In this document: positions 29,889 to 40,125 of the stretch, in pieces
Position numbering within the stretch: position 1 is the stretch's first letter
Layout: every line of letters begins with the position of its first letter
DNA from: a virus
Lineage: Duplodnaviria; Caudoviricetes
Virus record (IMG/VR): IMGVR_UViG_3300009694_000016
Location: 27,960-91,959 of that record
DNA: 64,000 nt
Direction: 5' to 3' (one strand)
Notes under the pieces: generated by a model
Told to the model about the DNA's origin: nothing
What the model saw: only the letters and a program-made list of their open reading frames with translations
Database searches by the model: none
Position numbers and translations under genes: made by a program

Positions 29889-31332
29889 TTATAAATTTAT
29901 ATTTTAAGTGACCTGCGTCATATATCCTATATATATTTTTATCTATCATCGTTTCGTGCTCAGTTTTATTCGGATCCGCCCCTTCTTTTATCAATCTATC
30001 TTTTCTAAAACCAAATCTATGTTTCCTTATACCGTTTATAACATAATAATAATTTGGTCGTGTTTTGTGTTCCAAAACAAATTTTAATTTTTCGTACAGA
30101 TTCCCTTGACTCCAAGATCTATCGGCGTAACTTATAATTTCTTTTGGATTATATTTATCAACAAAATATTTAAACAAACGACTAGCTCCTCCACTAACAT
30201 TAGTGTTCAATTTATTACAAAATCTAAGCATTTCATATGATCCTTCAGTTGATCTTTGACCCAATGATTTTCTCAAATTTCCGAATGTCATTAATGATAC
30301 TAATTCATCATTATAAAATAATCCTACATTCATTTTAGAATTAACATATCCCTGAATATGATTATTATATAAAAATATTTTTAAAATTTCTTTATCTTCT
30401 ATCTCTTTTATAACACATTTTCTGGCCATTATTTTATTGGATTTATTTAGAAGATTTAAAATTCTAGATTTTACTATATTTTGCTTATAAGTCCAATCGT
30501 CCTCAAATATATGTATAAGTTGAATATTTTTTTCCTCGCACATCTCCGTCTTATTTAAATGATAGTTGTTGGGGACGTTCAATTCGTTGTGCCAATACAC
30601 TCCATTAAATTCTAAGGCTAATTTTAAACTCGGTAAATATATATCTAATTCTGTTCCAATAATTGTTTTGTTGTTTGTTAGAATTTCACCGTCATAATTG
30701 GACGATATAAATTCTAATAATTGTTTTTCTTTACCGCTTTTTGAGTATGAATTTATAGGATTGCATATAGGACATATTATTGTTTTATATTTTATTCTAT
30801 TGCCGAGTAAAGCAAAATCAATATCGAATGTATGATCTTTTCCGTTATCGCAATTAAAATTAGCAATATGATCTTTTACATAATTGATATTTAAATATTT
30901 ATATTTATCCAATAATCTTTGAATATATTTTATCTTATTTTTATTTATAACATCTTCGTTTTTTGAGGAAACCCCGAAACCATATTTATCTATACAGGTG
31001 CTTTCCAATTTTTTTCTTATGTCTTTATTTTGAATTGGACGACTACATCCATACCTTTCTTTATTTGTCATATTTATTTTTTCTTGACAACATTTCTGAG
31101 AGCAAGCGTAGAGATTGTATTTTTTATAATTTTTATAATAAACAAAATATTTTATTTCTTTTTCTCTTCCACAAATATCACATGATACTTTTACTAATTC
31201 TCTGGAATAATCCGGAAGATCTTCAGTGGGTATGATTATTTCATCATTGAATTTTACAGCATATCCTTTGTTTAAATAATAATTTAAATTTGGTTGCTTT
31301 ATTTTTATTTTAATTTCTTTTGATAATAGCAT
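29881..31332 (-). CDS. Hef-like homing endonuclease with C-terminal GNAT/Mom-like domain
   Basis: CDICG, KERYG/DKYG repeats, ELDIYLPSLKLALEFNGVYWH; C-terminal EMLRFC...GGASRL...ISYADRSWSQGNLY. Confidence 0.75.
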   Translation of the reverse strand: MLLSKEIKIKIKQPNLNYYLNKGYAVKFNDEIIIPTEDLPDYSRELVKVSCDICGREKEIKYFVYYKNYKKYNLYACSQKCCQEKINMTNKERYGCSRPIQNKDIRKKLESTCIDKYGFGVSSKNEDVINKNKIKYIQRLLDKYKYLNINYVKDHIANFNCDNGKDHTFDIDFALLGNRIKYKTIICPICNPINSYSKSGKEKQLLEFISSNYDGEILTNNKTIIGTELDIYLPSLKLALEFNGVYWHNELNVPNNYHLNKTEMCEEKNIQLIHIFEDDWTYKQNIVKSRILNLLNKSNKIMARKCVIKEIEDKEILKIFLYNNHIQGYVNSKMNVGLFYNDELVSLMTFGNLRKSLGQRSTEGSYEMLRFCNKLNTNVSGGASRLFKYFVDKYNPKEIISYADRSWSQGNLYEKLKFVLEHKTRPNYYYVINGIRKHRFGFRKDRLIKEGADPNKTEHETMIDKNIYRIYDAGHLKYKFIND

Positions 31333-31380
31333 TTAAAAAAAACAATTTTTATGATAGTAGCTAATAATATATATAAAATA

Positions 31381-31403
31381 AAAAAAGTCACTTTCGGGTG
31401 ACT
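31381..31403 (-). terminator. Probable intrinsic terminator
   Basis: agtcac..gtgact hairpin with GAAA-containing loop and U-tract on the minus strand. Confidence 0.55.
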
Positions 31404-31427
31404 AAATTTATTCATTTCATTATCAAA

Positions 31428-32141
31428 TTATAATTTGGATTGGTTTTCATCATATATAGTGAAGATTTCTTTCAACTCATCCTTCAGTTCTTCTTCAACA
31501 TTATTAACAAGAATGTTTCTTATATTTATATTTTTACTATCTAATACTACTTTTTCTTCTTCCTTTTTCTTTTCTGTGTAGAAAACATTATTAAATGTAT
31601 GATTGGAAAGATAAATATCTATTTTGTTCTTATATTCAGCTTTATTTAATAATTCACTATCTATCTCTACATCAATGAAATCTTTTGTTATCTCTAAAGA
31701 TTCTAATTCCTCTATGGATTTTATTTTATATTCCAAGAATCTTGGAGTATAAGTATTTTCAACAAATTTTTTTTCATCCTCAAATGTATAAAAACCTATT
31801 TTACATTTATTTTCTTTCGACAGTTGAAAAAGAGAAGCATCTTTTACTTTTGATATTAAATCATATGGATTGTAATCCAATGTGCTATTCAAAAATTCTT
31901 CAAACAATTCATGACAATATTCATTACCAATCAATTCTATTTTACTACAATTTAAATTTTTTATTATATCTCTTACTTTTGAAATAATAGGAAATGTAGT
32001 ATGTTTTGTATTATAAAATAAATCACCAATGATGATAATTTTATCCGCTTTCTTTCCTATTAAATATTCATCGAAGAATTCAAATTGATATTTGTAGAGT
32101 TTTGGATGTCCAAATTTTATATTATTTAAAACGAAAATCAT
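31428..32141 (-). CDS. Degenerate metallophosphoesterase (gp47/SbcD-like)
   Basis: IIIIGDLF retained; DxH motif replaced by NNIKFG and GNHD by GNEY. Confidence 0.5.
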   Translation of the reverse strand: MIFVLNNIKFGHPKLYKYQFEFFDEYLIGKKADKIIIIGDLFYNTKHTTFPIISKVRDIIKNLNCSKIELIGNEYCHELFEEFLNSTLDYNPYDLISKVKDASLFQLSKENKCKIGFYTFEDEKKFVENTYTPRFLEYKIKSIEELESLEITKDFIDVEIDSELLNKAEYKNKIDIYLSNHTFNNVFYTEKKKEEEKVVLDSKNINIRNILVNNVEEELKDELKEIFTIYDENQSKL

Positions 32142-32177
32142 AAAATATTTATATAATAAGTGAATGAAAGTTTAAAT

Positions 32178-32205
32178 AAAAAAGGGAGCTTTTTATGCTC
32201 CCTTT
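32178..32205 (-). terminator. Intrinsic terminator
   Basis: aaagggagc-tttttat-gctcccttt hairpin. Confidence 0.7.
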
Positions 32206-32226
32206 CCAAATCATTATGATAGATTT

Positions 32227-33036
32227 TTACACTCTTCTATCCATTTTTACTCCGGATAACAACGCAATTAAACTATTCAACATAGGTTTTTGCATGTTTG
32301 GTGGTATATTGGATACTACAGAGAATTCATTGTTGCCAGATATTTTTATCTGACGAGCACTTTCATTTAAAGATTTACTCTTTAAAAAATGACCAACTAA
32401 AGCGTGAACAAAAGGCTGAATTTCAAATCCTTTTTCATTATTTCTAATGACATGAATTTCATTTTGTTTTTCTGTTAGAAGATACCAATATTCTTCTTTT
32501 GATAAAAGTTTCTTTTCGAACATGTCAGTAATTTCAGAATATTTTATATCTTTGTAATAAACTAACTTGCCAATAGTTTTAATTCCATCAAAATTAGTAT
32601 TTTCTATTGTTAAATCTACTTGATTGTCTGGCGAATTTTGTTCTTCGCGTTGTTCGACTTCATCAATTATTTTCTTCTTCTTTTGTTGAACTCTTTCAAC
32701 TGGTTTTTCATTTTCATCCACTGTGGGTGATGGGGCTACATTTTCTTTTATTTCTGAAAATTTTCTAACATTTTTTTCAAATGTTCTGTTTTTTGGATAG
32801 TGTTCGGTTATATCATCCATAGTTACTTTGATAGAAGCATTATTTTTGCCTTTTAAAACATAATAGTTTTCGTAGACAGCGGACACTTCGCCTCTTATCT
32901 CTTTTTTATTATAGATGGCAACAAGTATATCTCCAACTCTTATGGAGCTATTACTCTCATATATAGACGGAGTATCATCCGTTTTTATATTTGATCGATA
33001 TATGTTGTATAACAAGTTTAAATCGTCTCTATCCAT
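32227..33036 (-). CDS. Hypothetical protein
   Basis: 269 aa; KOW-like IRVGDILV segment. Confidence 0.55.
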   Translation of the reverse strand: MDRDDLNLLYNIYRSNIKTDDTPSIYESNSSIRVGDILVAIYNKKEIRGEVSAVYENYYVLKGKNNASIKVTMDDITEHYPKNRTFEKNVRKFSEIKENVAPSPTVDENEKPVERVQQKKKKIIDEVEQREEQNSPDNQVDLTIENTNFDGIKTIGKLVYYKDIKYSEITDMFEKKLLSKEEYWYLLTEKQNEIHVIRNNEKGFEIQPFVHALVGHFLKSKSLNESARQIKISGNNEFSVVSNIPPNMQKPMLNSLIALLSGVKMDRRV

Positions 33037-33104
33037 TTCTTTTCAAAAATAAAGGTCTATCATTTTTTGATATTTAAATAGACCTTATATTTTATATTAT
33101 TTTT

Positions 33105-33611
33105 TTATATAGCCTGTCCTCCTTGTGCTGGAGGAATTTGAGCTGCTGTTTTTTGTGCTCCCTGTGCTGGAGGAGCGCCTTGAACTGGTTGTGCTCCCGG
33201 TTGAGCTTGAGCTCCTGGTTGAGCAGGTGGTTGAGCTTGAGGTTGACCCTGAATTGGTTGAGTTTCATCTAAACCTTCAGTATCTGGTTGTCCTTGAGCT
33301 TGAGCTTGACCTTGAGCTTTTGAATATTGATCACCCAAAATTAAGTTAACAGGAAGATTTTCAATGCTAACATAAGATGTGATGATATAATCCGCAATCT
33401 CCTCAGATAATTCTACATCTGAATAGAATTGACTAATATTCTTACCACTTTCATCTTTTACTTTCTTCTTAAAAGCATTAACAAGTGACATTGGAATATC
33501 AATTCTTTTTCTAACTCTGTAGATATCATCAACAGCTTGAACGTTCTCTGTCAAATGGCTGATATTTCTTTTGCCTTGAAATTCGCCAAATTCGTATAAA
33601 TTCTTTGTCAT
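33105..33611 (-). CDS. Hypothetical with Gln/Pro/Ala-rich tail; CTS-like N-terminus
   Basis: MTKNLYEFGEF; AQPGAQ repeats; TAATATATA upstream. Confidence 0.6.
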   Translation of the reverse strand: MTKNLYEFGEFQGKRNISHLTENVQAVDDIYRVRKRIDIPMSLVNAFKKKVKDESGKNISQFYSDVELSEEIADYIITSYVSIENLPVNLILGDQYSKAQGQAQAQGQPDTEGLDETQPIQGQPQAQPPAQPGAQAQPGAQPVQGAPPAQGAQKTAAQIPPAQGGQAI

Positions 33612-33667
33612 ATGATTTGTATTATTTTTTTAGTATATATTAAATTTTTTTTCTTGTTTTTTATATA

Positions 33668-35800
33668 TTAAATTGCAATGTTCTGTTGTGGTGGTTTTAA
33701 TGAAAGTTCTCCATATTTTTTCGAAATTGTCCATTTATTAGTTCTTGTACTGACCAATTTTGATGTTATTATATCAGTTCTATTGCATGCTGTATTGAAT
33801 ATACCATTTACCCATACTCCTCCAAATAAAGTACCTTCAAAAGTTCCATCGTGGAAAGTGCCTCCATAAAAACCTCCTCTATCATCAGCGGGGTTACACC
33901 CAGCCCCTCTTCCATTTATGAAAGTTCCTCCATAAAAATTTCCATTCCACCAGTTAGTATAATTTGTTGAGTTGTTTCTTCCAAATATTCCACTGTTGAA
34001 TGTTCCTCCACTCCAATTAATAGTAGGTTCATCTAAATATATTTTAACTCCTATATTACCGCTATTCCATACACCATTATACCAATCTACGTTATGGAAA
34101 TATGAATTTGTAACAGTACCATTTATAAATATACCATTTAACCAACTACTATTTGTAAAGTTTCCATATCTGAATGTTCCACCACTCCACAAACTACTGT
34201 CTGTAAATGTTCCATTATTGAAAGTGCCTCCACTCCAAACACTATTTGTAAATGTTCCCCCGTTGAATGTTCCATCTCTCCAATATTTAGATTCGTTTGA
34301 AAAATATACTGTTTCTCCAGAAATAGAAATAGCGTTATTTTGTGAATTGAAAGTGCCTCCATTAAATGTACCTCCACTCCAGAATGTATTTGTAATATTA
34401 CCACCGTTGAATGTTCCATCATACCAATTTCCAGTAGAAAATGTACCGTTGTTGAAAGTTCCTCTTATCCAGTTTGTATTTAAAATATTTCCACCATTAG
34501 AAGTACCTCCATACCAGTTACATTGAGTCATATTTCCACCATTGAATGTTCCATCAGCCCACTCTGTATTATAAATATTTCCACCGTTGAATGTTCCGCC
34601 ACTCCAAATGCTATTATACATATTACCACCTTGGAATGTTCCAGTTCGCCACGTAGAGCCCGAGAAAGTTCCGCTATTGAAAACTCCATTTCTCCATTCT
34701 TTTCCTATAAACTCACCGCCATTCCAAACACCATCATACCAAACATCTTGATTAAATGTTCCGCCGCTCCATATAGCATAATACCAATAAGAATCAGCGC
34801 TAATATGAGTATTTGAGAAAATTCCTCCATAAATAAATGCTCCGCTAATATTACAATTTGTAAATATGCCACCATTTATTGTACAATCTGATAATTCACA
34901 TAAATCGTACCAGCCGTTGTCTATCTGACAATTGTGAAGATGGTTCTTATATATATGATTATATCCATAACCGTTGTTGTTGTTAGTATAATAAGAAGAT
35001 ACAGGAGTTGGATCTTGGTTTAAACTATCAGCTCCTTTATATATGTATGGCTTATAAAATGATGTTGTAAATCCAGTATCAATTGTTGAATTCGTAGATA
35101 TGTAAATTTCATCATATTTGTCTTTATATCTTATATAATATGATTCGCCACTAAAAACTAAAGCTTGAATTAAATTTATATCTATAGACGTGCTCACTTC
35201 ATTGTTAAATTTGCAGTTTCTTATTTCAACACCGTCTATTTCACCGCCTCTTATCTCGAGATTATTTATGTATATCTCTCCTATATAATGCTCATATATT
35301 TTTTTATTAACAAATCTCGAATCATAATAACGATCTATTGTTATTTCATTATTACTGCCATTTATTTCTAAAACTTCATATCCTTGCAATTGTGGAAGAT
35401 ATATGTAATTCGTACATCCAGAAAATTCTATAAAATTATCCAATATTATAGCATCTGTGTATCCACTTGTTGTTCCACTATTATAAAAATTATACATTAA
35501 AAACACTCTATCTCCAACTTTTATATTCGAATTTATTTCAGTATATAATTTAATTTTACCATTATTATTTGTTATTACAGGTAATAATTTTACAGCGTTT
35601 GGAGATGTTGAATATATTGTATCATTATAAATATTAACTTTTTCTTGTTGAGTTACAACTTCTTCTTGAGCCACTTGCACATCTTGTGCAGCTTGAGTTA
35701 CGGTCAATCCTGTTATTGGAATTGGAGTATTTCCAACAAACTTTATAACCGGTGTTGGATATACAATAGTCTTCTTTTTTGTGGCTAGCGTTCTCTGCAT
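33668..35800 (-). CDS. Beta-solenoid repeat protein, probably structural
   Basis: Many W-x-x-G-T-F-N-x-G repeats with about 15-aa period in the C-terminal half. Confidence 0.7.
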   Translation of the reverse strand: MQRTLATKKKTIVYPTPVIKFVGNTPIPITGLTVTQAAQDVQVAQEEVVTQQEKVNIYNDTIYSTSPNAVKLLPVITNNNGKIKLYTEINSNIKVGDRVFLMYNFYNSGTTSGYTDAIILDNFIEFSGCTNYIYLPQLQGYEVLEINGSNNEITIDRYYDSRFVNKKIYEHYIGEIYINNLEIRGGEIDGVEIRNCKFNNEVSTSIDINLIQALVFSGESYYIRYKDKYDEIYISTNSTIDTGFTTSFYKPYIYKGADSLNQDPTPVSSYYTNNNNGYGYNHIYKNHLHNCQIDNGWYDLCELSDCTINGGIFTNCNISGAFIYGGIFSNTHISADSYWYYAIWSGGTFNQDVWYDGVWNGGEFIGKEWRNGVFNSGTFSGSTWRTGTFQGGNMYNSIWSGGTFNGGNIYNTEWADGTFNGGNMTQCNWYGGTSNGGNILNTNWIRGTFNNGTFSTGNWYDGTFNGGNITNTFWSGGTFNGGTFNSQNNAISISGETVYFSNESKYWRDGTFNGGTFTNSVWSGGTFNNGTFTDSSLWSGGTFRYGNFTNSSWLNGIFINGTVTNSYFHNVDWYNGVWNSGNIGVKIYLDEPTINWSGGTFNSGIFGRNNSTNYTNWWNGNFYGGTFINGRGAGCNPADDRGGFYGGTFHDGTFEGTLFGGVWVNGIFNTACNRTDIITSKLVSTRTNKWTISKKYGELSLKPPQQNIAI

Positions 35801-35872
35801 TTAGAAATATCTTTTGTCCTATATATTAAATTTTGAAAACTAAATAGTAAAAAAATAATATAAATTTAAAAT

Positions 35873-36229
35873 ATGTACTGTTTTATGAATGAAGAATTGG
35901 AAAAGAAGAAAACTGATCTTCGCGAGAGACTCGAAAGCGAACTCTATGTTGAGAGATATGACACTTTTAAAGAATCTGTAGATTTAATAAATAAGGCTCT
36001 TGAGTTTTTTAAGATAGATCATAAATACACATACGATGAGTTTTGTCAAGATTTTACAACAGAGTGTATGAAATATATGGATGAAAATCCAAAAACAGAC
36101 ATGAACGATCCTCGTCAAATGGCGATATCCATATTTCCAATTGTGATGTCAATAGTAGATAGGACAAAAGATAAATACGGATTTAAAAATGATAAACTGG
36201 ATAGCAAAAATACTGAACAAGAAGTATAA
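35873..36229 (+). CDS. Hypothetical protein
   Basis: 118 aa ORF. Confidence 0.55.
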   Translation: MYCFMNEELEKKKTDLRERLESELYVERYDTFKESVDLINKALEFFKIDHKYTYDEFCQDFTTECMKYMDENPKTDMNDPRQMAISIFPIVMSIVDRTKDKYGFKNDKLDSKNTEQEV

Positions 36230-36995
36230 AGAAGAATTGGAAAATGATGAAATAGATCGATTTTTCGCGATAGAAGAAAAAATAGATGAAGAATCTTCTC
36301 TTTCGCCTAAAAAGATTCTACCCCATAACAGCGGATCCACTTCGAAAGATGATAAAAGTTTTCCAAAATTTCTATCTTCTAGTGGTGTCACTTTCATGTC
36401 TGAAGATGATAAAAAAGAAGAAGAAAAAGAAAATCCAAAAGAATGGTCTTCTGGAAATTTTTCTATAAAGGAAGAGAAAAAAGAAGAATTTCAAAATCCA
36501 TATGGATTACCGTTACAGCAATGTAGTAATAAAGCTGTTGTTAGAAAAAATGGTGTTTCTGGAACATCCGGTCCAAGTAGGTATTGTGGGCCAAGTGGAA
36601 CATCTGGTCAATATGGTAGAATAAGTGGAGGAAGATCTGTTTGTAGTATATCTCCAATGTCTTTTTCTGAATATATCGCAGAGAATCTAGATAAAAATAT
36701 TGATTGCTCACAATATATTGCTGATAATCTAGATAAAAATATTAGTTACACGGAATACACGGCTGAGAATGGAGCACTTACTACAAAGGCGACATCTATT
36801 GTTAACGCCGACGTGAATGCCTCTGCTGCGATCGCATACACTAAACTTGCACTTGCTAACTCAATCCTGAACTCGGATATTAACCCAGCCGCACCACAGC
36901 TTATTCAAGAAGCGAAATATCTAGCTAAGAAAGAAGAATCAAAAAGAATTTACTCACCCGAAGATCCTTATGGTGAGGAAGATTGGAATGAATAA
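36189..36995 (+). CDS. Mosaic hypothetical protein with DPYGEEDW tag
   Basis: GTSG fragment, EYIAENLDKNI repeats, fibre-like IVNADVNASAAIA segment, C-terminal tag. Confidence 0.6.
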   Translation: MINWIAKILNKKYKEELENDEIDRFFAIEEKIDEESSLSPKKILPHNSGSTSKDDKSFPKFLSSSGVTFMSEDDKKEEEKENPKEWSSGNFSIKEEKKEEFQNPYGLPLQQCSNKAVVRKNGVSGTSGPSRYCGPSGTSGQYGRISGGRSVCSISPMSFSEYIAENLDKNIDCSQYIADNLDKNISYTEYTAENGALTTKATSIVNADVNASAAIAYTKLALANSILNSDINPAAPQLIQEAKYLAKKEESKRIYSPEDPYGEEDWNE

Positions 36996-37306
36996 TGAAG
37001 ATAAGAAAAATTATTGAGAATGATATAGTAGAAGATATATCAACCTACAAGGATATTTTTAATTCTTTTATCGAATTTATTAGAGAAGTAGAACCAGATT
37101 ACGAACCCAGTTTTACTTTCAACGAGTTTTGTGTTAAATTCTTGAACAATTTTAAAGGAGTAGATGATGAACTTTCTTCTTATAGTGAGGAAATTCCATT
37201 AACAGATAATCTTATGAACTCTATTATGGACATTGCTTTAGAAGAATTTAAAGATGATGAAGAAAAATGTGAAAAAATTAAAAATATTATTAAGGATATA
37301 CAGTAA
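36995..37306 (+). CDS. Hypothetical protein
   Basis: 103 aa, TAATG overlap with the upstream stop. Confidence 0.55.
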   Translation: MKIRKIIENDIVEDISTYKDIFNSFIEFIREVEPDYEPSFTFNEFCVKFLNNFKGVDDELSSYSEEIPLTDNLMNSIMDIALEEFKDDEEKCEKIKNIIKDIQ

Positions 37307-37481
37307 ATACAATGTTTGGACTATATATTTTTAATATATAAAATGTCGAATTTTTAAACTTTATTAGAAGTTCGATATAGAATAAACGAGGTGCTTTTAG
37401 CACACCCAAGGCTTTTTCAGGCTTAAATGAAATTAATGGAAGAATAAAGGCTTTCATTTACAAAAAAAAATCGTATGCATT

Positions 37482-38519
37482 ATGGCAGAGTACAAAGACA
37501 AAGATGAAAATTTCTTGTTTGAATCATCAGATGAGACTCAAAATGAGGAATTAGCGTTTCTAAACAAAGAAACAAAAAATCAAGACGGTATCTATCGTCC
37601 AAACGTGAAAGACGCAGCCGACCCAAAGGGAGCTGGTTACAAAGCAACAATTAGATTTCTAAGAAATGTTTATTTAGATGGATCGGGCACAGGCCCAGCC
37701 GCTATTACTAAGCATGTTCACTACGTAAAACCCGAGGGAGTTTTAGAAGATTATCCAGACTTAGCTGGTTATTATGATTGTGAAAAGAATATTTCACAAC
37801 AAACACCTTGCCCATTATGCCAAACTTATTGGAAACTTTACAAATCCAATAATCAGGCTGATGTTATCAAAAGTGGTTTGATTAAAAGAGCTACTAAATT
37901 TTATTCCTATATTATGGTAATAGAAGATGAGCAACATCCAGAGTTGGTTGGTAAGATTTTAGTTTATCCTTATGGAGCTAAGATTAAGGGCAAAATCAAC
38001 GCTGAAATTAATGGCGAAGTTAGTGGTGAGAAATGTAATATTTTCGATTTCGTAACGGGCAAGGATTTTAGACTTATTATTAAAGTTGTTAAAACTCCTA
38101 ATCCAAATGGAAGTGGCACCGTCGATATGCCAAATTATGACACCAGCACATTTTTACCATCTTCGCCTATTAAGATTTGGAACGACAAAGCACAAAAATT
38201 TGTCACTCCTCCAACAATAGAAGATGAAAATGGCAAAATCATGATCGCTGATAAGAAATGGCAGGCTAAGATAAGAGAAATCATTTTGAGCCGTCCATCT
38301 AACGTCAATCTTGATGATCACATGCCTAACAAAGAAGGTTGGGACGATGTAAAAAGATCAAACGTTGATAAAATCGTTCAGGTTCTCAATGGAAGCGCAG
38401 TAGCGTATGCTGAATCGTCAATAAAGAAAACTGGTCAAAAGACACCAGCAGCTGAAATAATTGAGGAAGAATCTTTCGAAGATTTATTTGCGGATTTTGA
38501 CGACGATGAAAAGAAGTAA
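37482..38519 (+). CDS. Single-stranded DNA-binding protein (T4 gp32-like)
   Basis: ATIRFL, C...PCPLC zinc site, YSYIMVIEDEQHPELVGKILVYPYG.KI, IFDFVTGKDFRL, NYDTSTF, acidic tail. Confidence 0.9.
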   Translation: MAEYKDKDENFLFESSDETQNEELAFLNKETKNQDGIYRPNVKDAADPKGAGYKATIRFLRNVYLDGSGTGPAAITKHVHYVKPEGVLEDYPDLAGYYDCEKNISQQTPCPLCQTYWKLYKSNNQADVIKSGLIKRATKFYSYIMVIEDEQHPELVGKILVYPYGAKIKGKINAEINGEVSGEKCNIFDFVTGKDFRLIIKVVKTPNPNGSGTVDMPNYDTSTFLPSSPIKIWNDKAQKFVTPPTIEDENGKIMIADKKWQAKIREIILSRPSNVNLDDHMPNKEGWDDVKRSNVDKIVQVLNGSAVAYAESSIKKTGQKTPAAEIIEEESFEDLFADFDDDEKK

Positions 38520-38532
38520 TTTTCATTAAAAG

Positions 38533-38562
38533 AAAAAAGCCCACATTTCTGTGGGCTTTTTT
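38533..38562. terminator. Bidirectional intrinsic terminator
   Basis: aaaaaagcccaca-tttc-tgtgggctttttt between convergent genes. Confidence 0.85.
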
Positions 38563-38563
38563 A

Positions 38564-38782
38564 TTACCATCTTTCTCCCCCGAAATACGAAGGTTCTTTA
38601 TGTGTGAAAAGTTCTATATTAGTTCTACCACAATTTGGACACTTTTTTCCTTTTTTATCAGATTCTTTGGCCATGAATTTGTGTTTACAATCCCAACAGT
38701 AATATTCTTTTTTGCTTTCTTTTGGACTTTTAAAAATTTTAAATTCTTCGAATGTTTTCATATTTTTAAGTTTTTTCTCCAT
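38564..38782 (-). CDS. Small zinc-ribbon protein with CTS-like N-terminus
   Basis: MKTFEEF; CWDC...CPNC. Confidence 0.65.
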   Translation of the reverse strand: MEKKLKNMKTFEEFKIFKSPKESKKEYYCWDCKHKFMAKESDKKGKKCPNCGRTNIELFTHKEPSYFGGERW

Positions 38783-38800
38783 TGTTATTTTAATTTTTTT

Positions 38801-39187
38801 TTAATGAAATCCAAAAATTCTTCCAACCTTGTCTACGTGATCATATAAATATTCTCGCTCTCTATCTGTTAATAATTCTCTTATTCTTCTTTGTACTTCT
38901 CTGTCATTATCAATATTACCATGAAAATTCATTATCATTTCATCTTCAGATAATTTATCTATAATATTTTTCAGATATTTATGTTTTTTATACATTTCTT
39001 TTAAATAATCAATACCATTCTCTGCTAATATACTTGTCCCTAAAGTTGGAATAGCGCAAAGAATTCTACCAAAAGCGTTGTACCATCCAACTAAAGAGTC
39101 TCCTTTAATTAAAAGATCTTCTCCTTTTTCGGGTTTTTCAAATTTAAATTCCTCGAATGTTTTAATATTTTCAAATTTTTTTTCCAT
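38801..39187 (-). CDS. Hypothetical with CTS-like N-terminus
   Basis: ENIKTFEEF. Confidence 0.6.
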   Translation of the reverse strand: MEKKFENIKTFEEFKFEKPEKGEDLLIKGDSLVGWYNAFGRILCAIPTLGTSILAENGIDYLKEMYKKHKYLKNIIDKLSEDEMIMNFHGNIDNDREVQRRIRELLTDREREYLYDHVDKVGRIFGFH

Positions 39188-39194
39188 TGTTATC

Positions 39195-39632
39195 TTATTT
39201 TTTCATTTTGTCTTTCATTAAATTTTTCATGAAAGCCTTGCGTTTCTTTTCGTGTTCGGGATCCTTGTATCTGCTTCTTTTGGCTTTTCCTTTCATTAGT
39301 TCTGCATACTGCTTATCATCGGGAGCTGTCATGCAAGCTTTACAAAACTCTTCAAACACCATTAGATTTTTCATTTTATATTGTTTATTTTTTTCGAATG
39401 ACTGTTCCCCGTAAAAATCTCTAGCGTTCCCACCGTGTTTCTCCCATTCTTCTACTTCAGCTCTATCCTTTTCATTTTTTATTCTTTGCCTGCGTGCAAC
39501 CTCGGCGTTATCATCTTCCGATGGTTGTCTGTCGATATTATCTCTTTCGTAATTTGTGTATTCTTCTTCGCCCATTTCGCAATTTAGGTAGCGAACCATA
39601 TCTTCGTCGTATTCTTCATATATTCTTTTCAT
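39195..39632 (-). CDS. Hypothetical charged protein with CTS-like motifs
   Basis: MKRIYEEY start and internal MKNLMVFEEF. Confidence 0.6.
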   Translation of the reverse strand: MKRIYEEYDEDMVRYLNCEMGEEEYTNYERDNIDRQPSEDDNAEVARRQRIKNEKDRAEVEEWEKHGGNARDFYGEQSFEKNKQYKMKNLMVFEEFCKACMTAPDDKQYAELMKGKAKRSRYKDPEHEKKRKAFMKNLMKDKMKK

Positions 39633-39648
39633 ATCATTGGATTATTTT

Positions 39649-40125
39649 TTAAAATTGTGGTAATTGAGTTGATCTAATTTCTTTTCCCAACAAGCGACTC
39701 ATCTCACTCGCAATCCATCTTGATCCTTTACGATCGATATAACATTTTTTAGGAAAATTGTTGACATCGTAAATATCCATTGAACATCCAGGTCGACCAA
39801 CATCTCCCACCGAAATAAATCGTATACGCGAACTATTTGCAAAATCCAAGTGATTTTGAATATTAAACTTGATATATCTATCTTTATCCGTCGGAAGTGC
39901 TGCCATAACAATCCCAGGTTGAAGAAGAACATCATAAACTTCATCAGATCCTTCCAACTTGACTTTTATATTATTACCGTAGACTTTATTCTTACGTTCT
40001 CCTGCTAATGTAGCGAGACGTTTGCCACGCGGATCGTTGCGTTCATGACCATATTTTTTTAGTTTGTCATAAGTTTCTATATTCAATTCATTTAAGAATT
40101 CGTCAAAGTTCTTCAACGTGTTCAT
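39649..40125 (-). CDS. Hypothetical with CTS-like N-terminus
   Basis: MNTLKNFDEFLNE; TAATATATA upstream. Confidence 0.6.
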   Translation of the reverse strand: MNTLKNFDEFLNELNIETYDKLKKYGHERNDPRGKRLATLAGERKNKVYGNNIKVKLEGSDEVYDVLLQPGIVMAALPTDKDRYIKFNIQNHLDFANSSRIRFISVGDVGRPGCSMDIYDVNNFPKKCYIDRKGSRWIASEMSRLLGKEIRSTQLPQF

